Assembly (NCBI GenBank): GCA_951406725.2
Contig: OX597832.1
Span: forward strand, 25,296,001-25,360,000
Reading direction: 5' to 3'
Length of the DNA stretch: 64,000 bases
Source: Octopus vulgaris
Lineage: Eukaryota
Shown: positions 1-15,629 of the stretch, in pieces
How positions within the stretch are numbered: the first letter of the stretch is position 1
Layout of the letters: the number at the start of each line of letters is the position of its first letter
Made by a program: the position numbers and the translations under genes
The notes under the pieces: model-generated
The model's database searches: none
Told to the model about the DNA's origin: nothing
The model's input: the letters and a program-made list of their open reading frames with translations, nothing else

Positions 1-34
1 CACCTGTAAATATAAAGGATTATAAAATAATGTA

Positions 35-105
35 AAGAATTTCAGCGGTGGTGCCCCAGCATGGCCGCGGCCTTCGGACTAAAACATTTTAAAGGATTTT
101 AAGGA
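35..105 (+). mobile_element. 5'-truncated SINE 3' end with 16-bp target-site duplication
   Basis: ATTATAAAATAATGTA occurs at 19-34 and 106-121. It flanks ggtggtgccccagcatggccgc, which resembles the 3' end of the SINE at 2185-2712. Confidence 0.7.
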
Positions 106-156
106 ATTATAAAATAATGTATATATAAAAATATTATACAAATGTCAATATAACTT

Positions 157-375
157 AGAAATGCTAGCACGCCGGGGGAAATGCTTTATGTTCTGAGTTC
201 AAATTCCGCCGAGGTCGACGTTTCCTTTCATTCATTCGGAGTCGATAAATTAAGTACCAGTTGCGTCCTGGGGTCGATGTAATCGACTGGCACCCCCCTC
301 CCTATAAATTTCGGGCCGTGGGTCTAGAGTAGAAAACATTTCGTCTGTCTTTATGTTCTGAGTTCAAATTCCGTC
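157..375 (+). mobile_element. tRNA-derived SINE family A (Deu/Nin-like core gtcgactttgcctttcatcctttcggggtcgataaattaagtaccag)
   Basis: B-box gagttcaaattcc followed by the core. The same core recurs at about 3890, 14670-15490, 26230, 37650-38020, 38570, 40350, 45270-45676, 46350 and 52190-52630. Confidence 0.8.
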
Positions 376-1054
376 GCGTGTTTCGATTTTTGAGGGACTT
401 TTTTTTCCCTAAACGAAAGAGCTGTTCCTACATCCACATTTATATACGCACGTATATCCCCAATCACATATCCGCTTGTTCATTTTCGCCCCTTTCTAAC
501 ACCTTATTTAAGTAGCCTCATTTTTTTCATTAACCCGCTTTCCTTTTCTCTTTCTTTCTCTCTATCTTTCCACTCAATCCAAAATTTTCCACTCACAATT
601 CCTCTCGTATCCTTACGCATATTTTCCATGTATTATTTAAAATTTTACCATTTATTTATTTATTTATTTATTTATTTATTCATTTAGTCCTCTTTATCCA
701 AGGACCCTACGATATAACCCTGTCGCCTACGCGTGCCAAACGGCAATTGCTACTTCCGACCATCAGTGGACAAACCGGAAGTTATTGTCTTCTACAATTA
801 CGACTCTTGTCTTCTCTCCGTTTCATTGATTTCTTCACCCTTTTCTCGTATTAAATAAATACTGTCTCTCAAGTGAGAGAGAGAAACGGAGAGAGAGAGA
901 GAGAGAGGAAGGAGAGAGAGAGCGGACGAAGAGAGGGGGGAAGGGAGAGTGTGTCTCTATAATTTCTGTTGATTACGCTTATTTACTTTGTTGAGTTTTG
1001 TTGGTTCTTTTGTTTATTTGTATGTATGTATGTATGTATGTATGTAAGTGCGTG

Positions 1055-1090
<36 letters not shown>

Positions 1091-1117
1091 TGTATGTGCG
1101 TGTATATATGTATATGC

Positions 1118-1148
<31 letters not shown>

Positions 1149-1331
1149 TGTATGTATGTATGTAGGTATGTATGTATGTATGTGCGTGTATATGTGTATA
1201 TGTTTGTGTGTATATATGCTTATAAGCGATTGTGAGTGCGTATGTTTGCATGTACATATATAGTGTACCAATGAATGGCCATGTATCGCCAGTGGTAGTG
1301 TGGTTTTCCAATATTTATATTCTCCTGTTCC

Positions 1332-1387
<56 letters not shown>

Positions 1388-1464
1388 TTATCTGCTTATC
1401 TATGTCTGTCTGTCTCTCTCTCTCTATCTATATATATTTGTATATATTTATATATATTTGTATG

Positions 1465-1544
<80 letters not shown>

Positions 1545-1831
1545 TGTATGTATATATATATACATATATGTATGTATATAAAATTACTTTTTATCGTCAT
1601 CATAATTATTATAATTATTATGATGATTATCTATCCGCGATATTTCCACAAATCAACTCTAATATTTTTACTTGTTAAAAGCCTGGTAGTTATTCTATCG
1701 GTCTTTTGCCGAACCGTTAAGTTACAGGGACATAAAGAAACTAACACCGGTTGCTAAGTGATGGTGGTAGAGACAAACGCGGACACTAAAACACAAGCTC
1801 ACACACACACACACATACACATTCATATATA

Positions 1832-1886
<55 letters not shown>

Positions 1887-2184
1887 GACGGGCTTCCATA
1901 CAGTTTCCATCTGCCCAATTAATTCACAAGGCTTTGTTGTATTCGGTGTGATTTAGTAGAAGACACTGCGCAGTGGTATTAAACAGGAAAGCACTTGCTT
2001 GCAAATCGAACTCCTATCTACACAGCCCTGTCTGGCCGAACAATAATGAAAAGATAAACCAGAAAGAAAAAAAATACTAGCTCAAGGGGCCGTGCTATAG
2101 GATTGGGCCCGAAACCATGTGGTTACGAAAGGAACTTCCTGTGTACAAACCCCTAATTCTGCAGCAATAGGTACAAGATTTCTC

Positions 2185-2351
2185 CTTACGGGTGAGGTTG
2201 TATGGTAAGAAGCTTGCTTCACAACCACATGGTTCCGGGTTCAGTCCCACAGCGTGGAACCATGGTCAAGTGTCCTCTACTATAGCCTCGGCCCGACCAA
2301 CGCCTTGCGAGTAGATTTAGTAGACGTAAACTGAAAGAAGCCCTTCGTGTA

Positions 2352-2426
<75 letters not shown>

Positions 2427-2712
2427 GTATATATGTATGTATGTATATATATCTATATATATATATATATGTACACGAAGAGCTTCTTTCAGTTTCCGTC
2501 AATATATATGTATTTTTGTATATATGCACGTATGTATGTATTTGTGTTCCTGTGTTTATCCCACCACCATCGCTTGACAACCGATGTTGGTATCTTTATG
2601 TCCCCGTAACTTGGCGGTTCGATAATAGACTCCGATAGAATAAGTACTAAACTTACCAAGAATAAGTCCCGGACTTGATTTGTTCGAGTAAAGGCGGTGC
2701 TCCAGCATGGAG
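2185..2712 (+). mobile_element. near full-length tRNA-derived SINE family B (CORE-like) with internal (TA)n tract
   Basis: A-box (tggtaag), B-box (gggttcagtccc), CORE-like caagtgtc(c/t)tctactatagcc, internal microsatellite and a 3' end ggcggtgctccagcatgg. Other copies at about 1670-2040, 5265-5705, 39890-40320, 41060-41475, 52632-53115 and 57001-57260 (minus). Confidence 0.8.
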
Positions 2713-3206
2713 CAATTCACAAAATTGAATGCGATATTTGATAATGTAATCACAGATACTCTATACCACATAAACCAAAATAAGCAGTGTTGGTCATATT
2801 TGGAAAGTCTTTCGTACAAGAGAGTGAAACACAGAGACATATCTCCCACACCTGTATCTTTACATTAATTACATTCTTATTACCTCATTATCGGTTTTTA
2901 ATATAACCAATTAACGGATTCACAACTTCGAGAATATAATACATTTTTCAAGAAAGAGACTCTCTTAATTAGAAAACAATTTATTATATTAATATTTCAC
3001 AAAGATATCTCTGTGTGAAGGATGTTTATTAGGTTTTATAATTAATTGTATAATAATTAAAATCTTCCATTAATTATTAATACACAAATACATATGTGCG
3101 TGTACATTTGCGAATCTGTCTGTCCGACTCTTTTTCTATCTCAATTTCCCTCTCTGTATATATATATATGTATATATGTATGTATGTATGTATGCATGTA
3201 TGTATG

Positions 3207-3262
<56 letters not shown>

Positions 3263-4111
3263 CATACATACATACATACATACATTCATACATACATACA
3301 TACATACATATATATATATGAATATATATATATATACATATACATGCATATATACATATATATACGTATGAACATATATATATATATATATATATATATA
3401 CGTATACACGCATATATACACATATATACGTATGAACATATATATGTGTATGTATATACATATGTATGTATATATATGTATGCATATATATATATCTATG
3501 TATATGTATTTATATACAAGTATATATGTATATTTATGTGTATATATATATGTATACGTATGTGTATATATATTCATATATGTATGTGTGTGTGTATGTG
3601 TGTGTGTGTGTGTGTGTGTCTGTGTGTGTGTGTGTGTCTGTGTGTCTGTGCGGAAACATACTTATTCCTGTAATTCGTGAGAATAAATGTTATGCTCCGT
3701 ATCTATGTATTATTAAGTGAGCACTTAGTTAACGGCTGATCGTTTTATTTTTCTCTTTTATTTTTTGCAAGTGTAAATTAACACAGCAATTAATCCATAC
3801 ATGGGTGTGTATGTGTATGTATACGCACACACACGCTCATACACACATTCACGCAAATAGGTTTAGGACAACCAGCAGTTAGAAATAGATTCGCCGAGGT
3901 CGACTTTGCCTTTCATCCTTTCGGGGTCGATAAATTAAGTACCAATTACGCACTGGGGTCGATGTAATCGATTTAATCCCTTTGTCTGTCCTTGTTTGTC
4001 CCTTCTATGTTTAGACCCCTGTGGGCAATAAAGAAATAAGAAATAGATTGATAGGCGACATACACGAAATTCCCGTCCCCCGATTCCTACTTCTAACTTT
4101 ATTTTAATTAA

Positions 4112-4168
<57 letters not shown>

Positions 4169-4588
4169 TGTGTCCGTGTGTGTCTGTGTATGTATGTATG
4201 TATATTTGTCATACATACAGTTACTACATATTACCTTTTGACTATCGCGGCAACTTCTGCGTGGTCATTACGCTTGACCGCCTCAGAAATAACCTCATAA
4301 ACTTTCTTAATCTTTCTCTAATCCTGCTATCACCGCTGGTCATTAATATTAACGCCCCGCAGCGATAAATATCACTTTGACCGGATAAAATGGCTGTTTT
4401 TTATTTGTTTCATTTTTTTTCTTAATACTGTAACGATATGGGAAGTACTTCAACATCCTTACGAGGTTCATAGCACATAAGAAACGTTTTATGCCCAAAT
4501 ATTTCTGTAATCACACGTTATATGACGTTTCCACTCACACAAATCTTGAGTTTCGTTGTCTTTTATATAACCATACATGCATACATAC

Positions 4589-4633
<45 letters not shown>

Positions 4634-4929
4634 CATATATATATATATTATATACAATATATGAATACATATATGTATGTATATATATATATGTTATATA
4701 TATACATATATATATTATAAATATATGCATACATATATATATATATAAATAAATAAATAAATGAATATATATATATATACATATATATATATTATATACA
4801 ATATATGAATACATATATATATGTGTATATATATATATACATACAAATATATATGTGTATATATATATAAATATATATATATACATATATACATTTATAT
4901 ATATATTTTATATATATACATATATATAC

Positions 4930-4975
<46 letters not shown>

Positions 4976-5078
4976 CATGGTTTATAACCATTCAAAATAA
5001 AGTAAGAAAATGGAGATACATTTAATAAAAATGTTATAAAAATTGTGTATGGGTTTGTGCGTGAATGTTTGTTTGTGC

Positions 5079-5109
<31 letters not shown>

Positions 5110-5306
5110 CGTGTGTGTGTTTATAGCTGTGTATGTGTGTGTAGTTGCATCTGTTGCCCACTGCTTGGCGACCGGTGTTGGCTCAGTTACGTCCTCGCAA
5201 TGAAGCTGTTCAGCAAAATAGCTAGAAAAAAAAATTAAATAAAATGCAGTGCGGCCAAATCGTTCGACCAACACACCAGCATCGGTTGTCAAGTGATGTT
5301 TGGGGA

Positions 5307-5357
<51 letters not shown>

Positions 5358-6208
5358 TTATATATATATATGAGAAAGTTGGTGTGTGAAAGCACGTGGT
5401 TACTATATGAAAATTTTATAACATTCTTCTAACATAACGACTTAAATATATTCTTTAACCTTATAAAACAAGGCTTCTGTAGTTTTTTCACTTTTTTCTA
5501 TTCTCTATATATATATATATATATATATAGAAAATATATATATACGACGGGCTTCTCTCAGTTTTCGTCTACCAAATCCACTCAGAAGGTTTTGATTGGC
5601 TCGAAGCTATAGTAGAAAACACTTGCCAAAGGTGCCGCGCAGTGGGGCTGAACACGGAGCCATGTGGTTTGTAAGCAAGCTACTTACCACACAGCCACTC
5701 CAGCGATTAAATAAATAAATAAATAAATGATTATAATCTAATCGGAATATAAATTAGGATCCTAAATCAAAACTATGATGGAGAATGAAAGAGATGTGCG
5801 AAAGAAGAAAGAAAAAATATAGTCAATTAAAAGGAAATGAAGATGAGCGAAGGAAGAAAAGGTAGAAAATAAGAAAGATGGGGTGAGGAAAATAGCGGAT
5901 GGTGGCGAGAAGAGATATTAATGGCGCGGTTGTGTTAACGGATGGATAATATGCCGAGGAGTAAAAGTGAGGAGTTAAAAGGGATTTTGCGTGTGTAATT
6001 ATGTACGTTTATACAAACATACAAATATATTTAATTACATGCATACCTTCCGTGTATAAGTGCATATATGCATGTGTGTGTGTGTGTGTGTGTGAGTGCG
6101 TATATACACATATATATATACATACACATACACACACGCACATACGAACATAAATGTATATAAGATATATACATATATATATATACACACACACGCAGAT
6201 ATATATGT

Positions 6209-6344
<136 letters not shown>

Positions 6345-7155
6345 TACATACATAGATATAAGCTATATGTTAAATAGAGGGGCAAAAATTAAGATAAAAT
6401 AGGGAGCAACGAATAGGGCCTTAATTGGTGTCCCAGCTCCTTAAGGCGACGTGAAACAAGACTTCAAGGCGATCGCTTGTGGGAGAGTGTGGGAGAAGGT
6501 AAAATGTTCAGGGTTCGAGAGGAAGGGGAGATGAGGCGCATATGGTTTACGGTGTGAACAGTATCAGCCCTTGGGTAGGACGAGGCACGGGTGGGGTTGG
6601 AGGGGCTTATGGTAGGGTTATTGGGGTGGGAGAGCGCCAGCAGGCGTGTCATTAGCGGAACCGCTTCGGACATAATAAAGTCCGATCTTTAGATTATATC
6701 ATATAAATGATATGAATTTAGAATTTGGGAGAAAGATGAAACGGTGGAAGATAAAAAAAAAAAACATGAGATGGAAGTGCCTGGTTGTCTATGTGTGTAT
6801 ATATGTATGTATGTATGTATGTATGTACATTATGTATGTAAGTATGTATGTATGTATGTATGTGTGTATGTATGTATGTATGTATGTATGTATGCATGTA
6901 TGTACGTATGTATGTATGTAAGTATGTATGTATGTAAGTATGTATGTATGTATGTATATATGTACGTATGTATGCATGTATCTGCGTGTATGTATGTAAG
7001 TATGTATGTATGTATATATGTATGCATATGTACTTATATATATATATATGAATACACACATATATATATTATATGCATATATATGTGTGAGCGTGCTTGT
7101 GTACACACAGACAAATATAAGTTTATATGTATATGTATACACACACACATACGTA

Positions 7156-7233
<78 letters not shown>

Positions 7234-7265
7234 TAGACTCACAGATATACAGATATGTGTATGTG

Positions 7266-7309
<44 letters not shown>

Positions 7310-7522
7310 TATATGTATGAATATGTATATATGTGCCTATAGTTTTGTATATTTATGATTACATATACATACATTTAAATTATGTACATATGCAAATTAA
7401 AAATTAAAAATATATATATATATATATATGCGTGTGTGTGTGTGTATATGTATATATATATAGGCGCAGGCGTGGCTGTGTAATAAGAAGCTTGCTTCCC
7501 ATCCATATATAAATAAAGTACC

Positions 7523-7820
7523 ACTCCGTCGGTTATGATGACGTGGAGCCCAGCTGATACGATCAACTGAGCAGCTTGTTCGTGAAATTAACGTGCAAGT
7601 GGCTGAGTACTCCACAGATACGTGTACCCTTACCTCAGGGAGATTCAGCGTGGCACAGACAGACCCTTAGAAATACAGGTACCACTCATTTTTGCCAGCT
7701 GAGCGCACTGGACCATAATATAAAATTTCTTGCTCAAGGACACAACGCGAGGCCGGGATTTGAACTCACGACCTTACGATCGTAAGCCGAATGCCCTAAC
7801 CACTAACCCACACGCTTCAC
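7523..7820 (-). mobile_element. tRNA-derived SINE family C (MIR/CORE-like gtgtccttgagcaag)
   Basis: tRNA-like head ttagtggttagggcattcggct...gagttcaaatccc. The body matches copies at 17150-17425 (+), 26000-26222 (+) and 57265-57583 (-). Confidence 0.8.
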
Positions 7821-7847
7821 ACACACACACGTATATATATACATATG

Positions 7848-7885
<38 letters not shown>

Positions 7886-8436
7886 AACAAATTTACATAG
7901 TTGTATATATTGCCTATACATTTATTGATACATATAACTCACGTTCTCTCACATATGTAAATGGGGGGGGAGTAGGGAGAGGAAGAAGAGGAGACGGTGA
8001 TTTATATATCGATCGAAAGATATGGTAGATGGACACACAGACAGACATAAGAACGGGCGGAGAGGACGTGGTCATTCGTTTGGTAGATGGGGGTAGAGCC
8101 GGCAACGAAGTCGGTGGAAGTAATGATGACGACGACGATGACGACGATGATGATGATGATGACGACAACGAAAACCGGTGATGCTGATGATGACGTCGAT
8201 GACGACGACGACGATGATGATGATAAAGTCCATGACAACGACGATAAAAACGATGAAGTGGACGGTGACGATGACGATGATGATGTTGATGATGATGTTG
8301 ATGACGATGATGATGATAATGATGATGATGAGGAGGAGGATGACAACGACGACGAAAACGAGGAGGAGGAGGGCGATAAACGGAATAACACGGAACTGAA
8401 GTGAAAGAAAGAAAGAAAGAAATAAATAAATAAATA

Positions 8437-8495
<59 letters not shown>

Positions 8496-9378
8496 GATGG
8501 AAGTAAAAATGGGAGAAGGTCAGAAAGAACGAACGAAATGCCCGGTTTAAAGGAGAGTAAAATGAATGGGACTTCGAAGTCTTGCTTTCTCGAAATCTGC
8601 CGACGATTCTACGTTTCCCTCTTCGGCGAGCGATCGTATGTATTGAATGTTGTGACATTCAATACATACGATCGATCGCCGAAGAGGGAGCTGCCATCTT
8701 ACACACGCATACACTCATACATATGCGAACACAAACACGCACATACACATACACATACACACAAGCACACAAACATACACACACTATCTCAAACATACAA
8801 TCATATATACACACACACACAGAAATACACACACCGAACACTGTCTCAAACTTACAAACGTACAATCACATACACACAGGCACACCTTCGCGCGCTCACA
8901 AATCCAAAAACGTATAGACAGACACACACACACACATATACACTCATATACTCGCCACCATATTGATCCCAACAAGGAGATGAACGAATCCTAATTTTCC
9001 TGCAGGCGACACTTTCAAGTAGATATAATTTCACTAAACACTGTAAACTGTTCACTGTTTCCGGTCACCGGAAGTAAATCTCTAAGTATTTTTTGAAACC
9101 TCCTATGGTTACAAACATGTCCGCTTTTTCGATTTAGAATCATTACGCCATGTTGTATTCCAAGGTTTGTACTGAATCAAGTGGCGATAACGCAGAATCG
9201 AAATTGCAACAAAGTTTCTTGAAGATAAAACAAAATTTGTTCCCCCCAGGTTAAATGATCACAAATCAAGTGTTGCCATTGTGTTTGCTGTGTTTGTGTG
9301 TGTCTATATATAAAATATACACACTGAAGTTCATATATGATATTCACACACACGCACGCACACACACACACACACGCA

Positions 9379-9414
<36 letters not shown>

Positions 9415-9568
9415 CATATAAACATATATACACATATATGTATACATACATATATATGTATATATATATGTATATATATATACATATATACACACATATA
9501 TATATACCTATATATACATGCATATATATATACCTATATCTACATGTATATCTATCTATCTATCTATG

Positions 9569-9600
<32 letters not shown>

Positions 9601-9688
9601 TATATACATATATATATATACTCAACATTACCTGACACCTTTGGGTCTAATTAACACCAACGCCTCTCATACCTACATATACATATAC

Positions 9689-9810
<122 letters not shown>

Positions 9811-10012
9811 GTATATGTATATGTAGGTATGAGAGGCGTTGGTGTTAATTAGACCCAAAGGTGTCAGGTAACGCTGAGTAAGTGCTATGGACAGACTATA
9901 GTCAAGCTCCAGGTTCGATAATGATACGAATGAGGAGTCCAACGTGGGTCATCTATTAGCATGCATATATATAAAAATTGACAGAATGAGATAAAAAATC
10001 CAAGGCTGTGAA

Positions 10013-10076
<64 letters not shown>

Positions 10077-10158
10077 GTATAGACATATGTATGTACTGAT
10101 GTATGTATGTATGAACGCACCTACTTTTATATGGGAACATATAGCTGTAAACACACAC

Positions 10159-10272
<114 letters not shown>

Positions 10273-12120
10273 TTCGTATTGTGTATGCATGGATGTATTT
10301 CTGTGTATAGAATCAAATTTTGATCATAAACGTGACATAAAAATTCTTATCTTTGCGTTTAAGCGAATTGTAGTTATCAATAAAAAAGATTGCTTCGTAC
10401 TGATTGCTTTTCAGGATAATTTAAGTACGTCCCTTCACATCCTGCGTTCAGTCCCTGTCAGTGTCGACTTTGCCCTCATCTGGTCGATAAACTGAATACC
10501 ATTCATGGCCTAAAGTCTATTAATTTTCAAAACTTTTTCCATTAGCTCATCATCATCATCATCATAATCAGCAGCAGCCCCTCCACATTACTATCTTGAC
10601 TCCTGGGACAGTTGATTCCTGTGACCGGTTACCCAGTTTCCATGTCTTGTAAATGACCAATATGACAACATTATTCCTGAACGGTGCGCCAGTTCGCCTG
10701 AAGACTGGAGAAATTTGAAATAAAATAATTTTGCTCAAGAATACAGCTCATCAACTGGTCCGGGATCCGAAACTACGACGAAGTAATTGAGAGTGCAATA
10801 TTCTTAACCGCTAGGCCACACATCTTCGCATGGCTTTTTGAGCCGGAATTTCTCACTCTAACCTTATGTCGGCCACGCGTGTATATATATATAAGTGTGT
10901 GTGTGCGTGTCCGTGCGTATGTATGAATGTGTGAGTATGCATATATACACACATACATATATATGTGTGTGTATGTGAGTATGTATGTATATCCCTTTTA
11001 TATCAAGATATATACAGAAACAATTTGTAACAGTGGCTTTGAAGTTTCGGCTCGCTTGACTTTGTCGGACTGACCAACACGAGCAAGTCGAGACTTCGAA
11101 GTCACAATCAACTTTGTAAAAGTTTAATAAGTATGTATTCCACTAAAAAGTATTGAGTTATACTTCAGCTCAAAGTGAAATTGTATTTTTATAACTTGAT
11201 ATAAATTAAAAGCTCATTCGCACGTCAAATAAGGCTGGGCTTCCGGTTTCTATTTTTTACCACCGCTGGATGCGACGCTGCTCATTCACAGGGCTACTCT
11301 CTTTTGCCAGCTGAGTGGATTGGAGTAACGTGAAATGAAGTGTCTTGCTCAAGGACGCAACTCGTCGCCGGGTGTAGGAATCGAAACCACAATCTTATGA
11401 ACATCAGTAGCCTTAACGACTACGCCACGTGCCGCCACACAACGATATATAGAAATTGACAAATAGCAAACATTAATAAACTCACACACACACACACATA
11501 CACACACATAAAGATATGTAATTGAAAACACACACGCACACGCACAGATGCACTCACAAAAACACATACATCCATATATACATATGCAATTGTACACACA
11601 CACTACACATACTCACACACACACACATATATATGCAATTTTACACAAGCACATATACACCCCACACCCATACATACATATATATACATATATATACAAC
11701 TGTACACAAGCATCCGCCTCATATATATATGCAATTGTACACAAACACCCACACACAAGCACGCACACATTCATACATACAAACATACATGCCCACGTGC
11801 GTATAAACTTACATAGATATACATACATACACACATGCGTATATACTTACATACATGCATACATACATACATACATACATACATACAATCCGTGAAAGTT
11901 TGAATTTTACATTAGACAGGTTATATATGCGATGACTATAAGGCATCTATATCAGAAAATCATTATTATTAAAACAATTTGTTCCATGCAAATACTCAGG
12001 TATGTAGCTAGGAATCCTGAGCTGGTACTGCTTAATGAAATCTCTACTGTACAAAAGACATCTACCAAAATTAAGAGCATCTTTTTATTTATATGATATA
12101 TATATACAAACACACACACG

Positions 12121-12180
<60 letters not shown>

Positions 12181-12485
12181 GTATATATAAATACATACAT
12201 ATATATATATATATTTATGAATATATGTATGTATAGGTGTATATGTGTATATGTATGTTCATGCTAAAGTGCCTCTTCAGGCGTCCGTACGAAGAGACAG
12301 GTCTATAGTAGATGGGTAGACGTTGAGACGTTGCTAAAAACAAAATGGATGACGCAGTAATAAGTGAAATGAATAAAGAAAAAATTAGTCAAATGGGAAA
12401 CCCAAAGCCATAACATGAAAGTAAAGATTTGTGGTAATGGACGGGATATTTGGTGCACTCAGATACTGTACAGCACGGAGCACGG

Positions 12486-12532
<47 letters not shown>

Positions 12533-12546
12533 CATCATTATTATTA

Positions 12547-12598
<52 letters not shown>

Positions 12599-12618
12599 CA
12601 TCATCATCATCATCATTA

Positions 12619-12682
<64 letters not shown>

Positions 12683-12706
12683 CATCATCATCAATCATCA
12701 TCATTA

Positions 12707-12767
<61 letters not shown>

Positions 12768-12793
12768 CATTATGATCATCATCATCATCATTA

Positions 12794-12855
<62 letters not shown>

Positions 12856-13058
12856 ATTATTATTAACATCATCATCATCATCATTAGTATTATTATTATA
12901 ATTATTATTATTATTATTATTACTATTATCATTATCATTATCATTTTTATTATTATTATCATCATCATCCTCATTATTATTTGCATATGAATTACATACT
13001 CTGTCAGTGAACGAATGCTTCGACTAATTACAATCTATCTCGCTTGGTTCATGTATGT

Positions 13059-13127
<69 letters not shown>

Positions 13128-13494
13128 CTCACTCTCTCACACGCACACTCGCACACACATTTATATGTTAATATGTGGCTGCGTACGTTCAGACACGTAC
13201 ACGTTCCTCTCCGCATCCGTGACCTGCTCTTAGTGCTTCCTTAACGGAGACGAACGTAGGCACGGAAATTTACGTAATCATTTGTCGGAGAGACATTTTC
13301 CACAAATCAACTGAAATGCATTCTAAAAGGTTTTGTTTCAGAAAAGACAGATTCCAATGCAAGCCTCCACCATACAAATATACCTATGTGTGTGCCTGTG
13401 TGACTGTGTATACACATACATACATACATACATACATACATACATACATACATACATACATACATACATACATACATACATACATACATACACA

Positions 13495-13596
<102 letters not shown>

Positions 13597-13861
13597 TGAC
13601 AGCCATCTTTGTTGTCTAAAACACGGTTACTTATCGTTGCATCATTATTTTCTTTGTCTTAAATGCATCATATCTTTTTCTCTTCTCCTACATCCAATCT
13701 CTCTCTCTCTCTCACTTTTTCTCTCTATATATATCTATCTATCTATATATCTATCTCTATCTCTGTCTCTCGCTCGCTCTGTTTAAATATATATATCCAT
13801 ACATACTTACATACATATCTATATCGATGACGATGATGACGGCAATGATGATGATGTCGAC

Positions 13862-13927
<66 letters not shown>

Positions 13928-13974
13928 GATGATGATGTCGACGATGATGATATTGACGACTACGACAATGACAG

Positions 13975-14047
<73 letters not shown>

Positions 14048-14669
14048 GATGATGATGTTGATGATGATGATGATGATAATGGTGATGAGAAGAAAGTTTG
14101 CAGTAGAGAAGGGCAGAGTCGTAGAGAAATTAGAAGAGGAAGAAGAGAAGGAACGAAAAAGAAGGTGAAGAAATTAAACCAACAATAAGAAGAATGAAAA
14201 GAAACGTATCGAGAATACGAAGGAAAAAAAGAAAGAAGATAAATAAAGAGCGGAGAATGAAAACGGGTGGGAAGTACCCTTGGATGGAGCAAAGTCGAAC
14301 GCTACCCGTCGGATTCGAAACCTGTTCTTCTGTTAACATGATAGACCTGCTTACCAGATGTAAGCATTTTGTTATTCTAGTTAGTTAGACGAAAGCATCT
14401 TTAATGAGCGGAGAAAATTTGAAGTGATGCTAGGATGTAACAGCACTTCTGTCATGTTCACAGATGTGATTTCGAATACAGCAGGCAGCCTTCAATTTTC
14501 TTTTTCCAACCAAGGGGTTTCTTATTTAGCGCTGTATTGTACACGTTATTATTCATAGTTTTTCTACTTCGAGTTCCATCGTTAAAAATAATTTATTTGA
14601 TAACTCTCTAAGTTTCTAGATTCGTGCAATGTGAAGAATTCATCTATGTCCAAGCAATAACAGCAATGA

Positions 14670-15490
14670 CGGTTTCGAACATTTGTACAAAGCCAGCTTT
14701 TTTCAGGTGGGAGGAGTCAGACTATTAACATCGCCCCCAGTGTTCAACTGGTATTTAGTCTATCGACCGCGAAAGGATGAGAAGCATTTGAACTCAGAAT
14801 GTAAAGAACCGAAAGAAATACCGCTAAGCATTTTGTTCGACGCGCTAATAGTTCTGCCAATTCGCTCGCCGCTGGTTATAAATTCTGGTAAAAGCCCGAC
14901 AAGTTTAGAGGAAAAGTAAGTTGATTACATCGACCCCAGTACTTGACTGGTATGTTTTTAACGACCTTAAAAGATAAAAAGCAAACTCGACCATGGTAGA
15001 ATTTGAACTCTAAACATACAGAGCTAGAAGGAATCCACTAAGAGATTTGTCCGGCGTGCTAACCATTCGGCCAGCTCATTGCCTTTGAATAATCGTTTCT
15101 GTTATGGGCACAAGACTTGAAATTTAGAGACCCCAGTACCTGACTGGTATTTCTTTTATCAACCTCGAAAGGGCGAAAGGCAAAGTCGACGTTGGTGGTA
15201 TTCATCGCCTTCAAACAACGGTTTCAAGTTTTGGCGAGAGGCCAGCAATTTCAGGATGAGGGTAAGTCGATTTACATCGAACCCAATGCGCAACTGGTAC
15301 TTATTTTATCGCCACCGAAAGGAAGAAAGGCAAAGTCAACCTCGGCAGAATTTGAATTCAGAAGGTAAAGACGGTCGGAACACCGGTAAGCATTTTTTTC
15401 GGCATGCTAATTATTCTGCCAGCTCGTCGACTTTGATAAAAACTGACGAAAAGCCGCTAAGCATTTTACCGAGACAAATGTGCCAACGAA
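14670..15490 (-). mobile_element. head-to-tail cluster of decayed family A SINEs
   Basis: The motif tcgaccccagt...actggtac...ttatcgacc...gaaaggatgaaaggcaaagtc...tttgaactc recurs 4-5 times. Confidence 0.7.
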
Positions 15491-15629
15491 TTTGCCAGGT
15501 CACCACCTAGTGGTCTTCATATAACAATAACAGCAATATACAGAGTCCGTCAAAAAAAAAAACAACAGTGTAAACACATCAGGAAAGATAAAATCTGTAT
15601 AAATATTCAAGTTGTATAAGTACATCAGC

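Noticed and set aside
6420-6680. GC-rich stretch, possibly an LBD exon or LINE remnant
   Set aside because: No nuclear-receptor motifs were recognised on the minus strand, and it is too decayed to classify.
12255-12290. Minus-strand CTGAAGAGGCAC possible HHR half
   Set aside because: It is truncated before a GAAA core and cannot be supported.
14295-14365. tRNA-like remnant (minus strand), and the tRNA-like heads at 21747, 24526 and 25043
   Set aside because: They have no intact cloverleaf or acceptor stem and are SINE-derived rather than functional tRNA genes.
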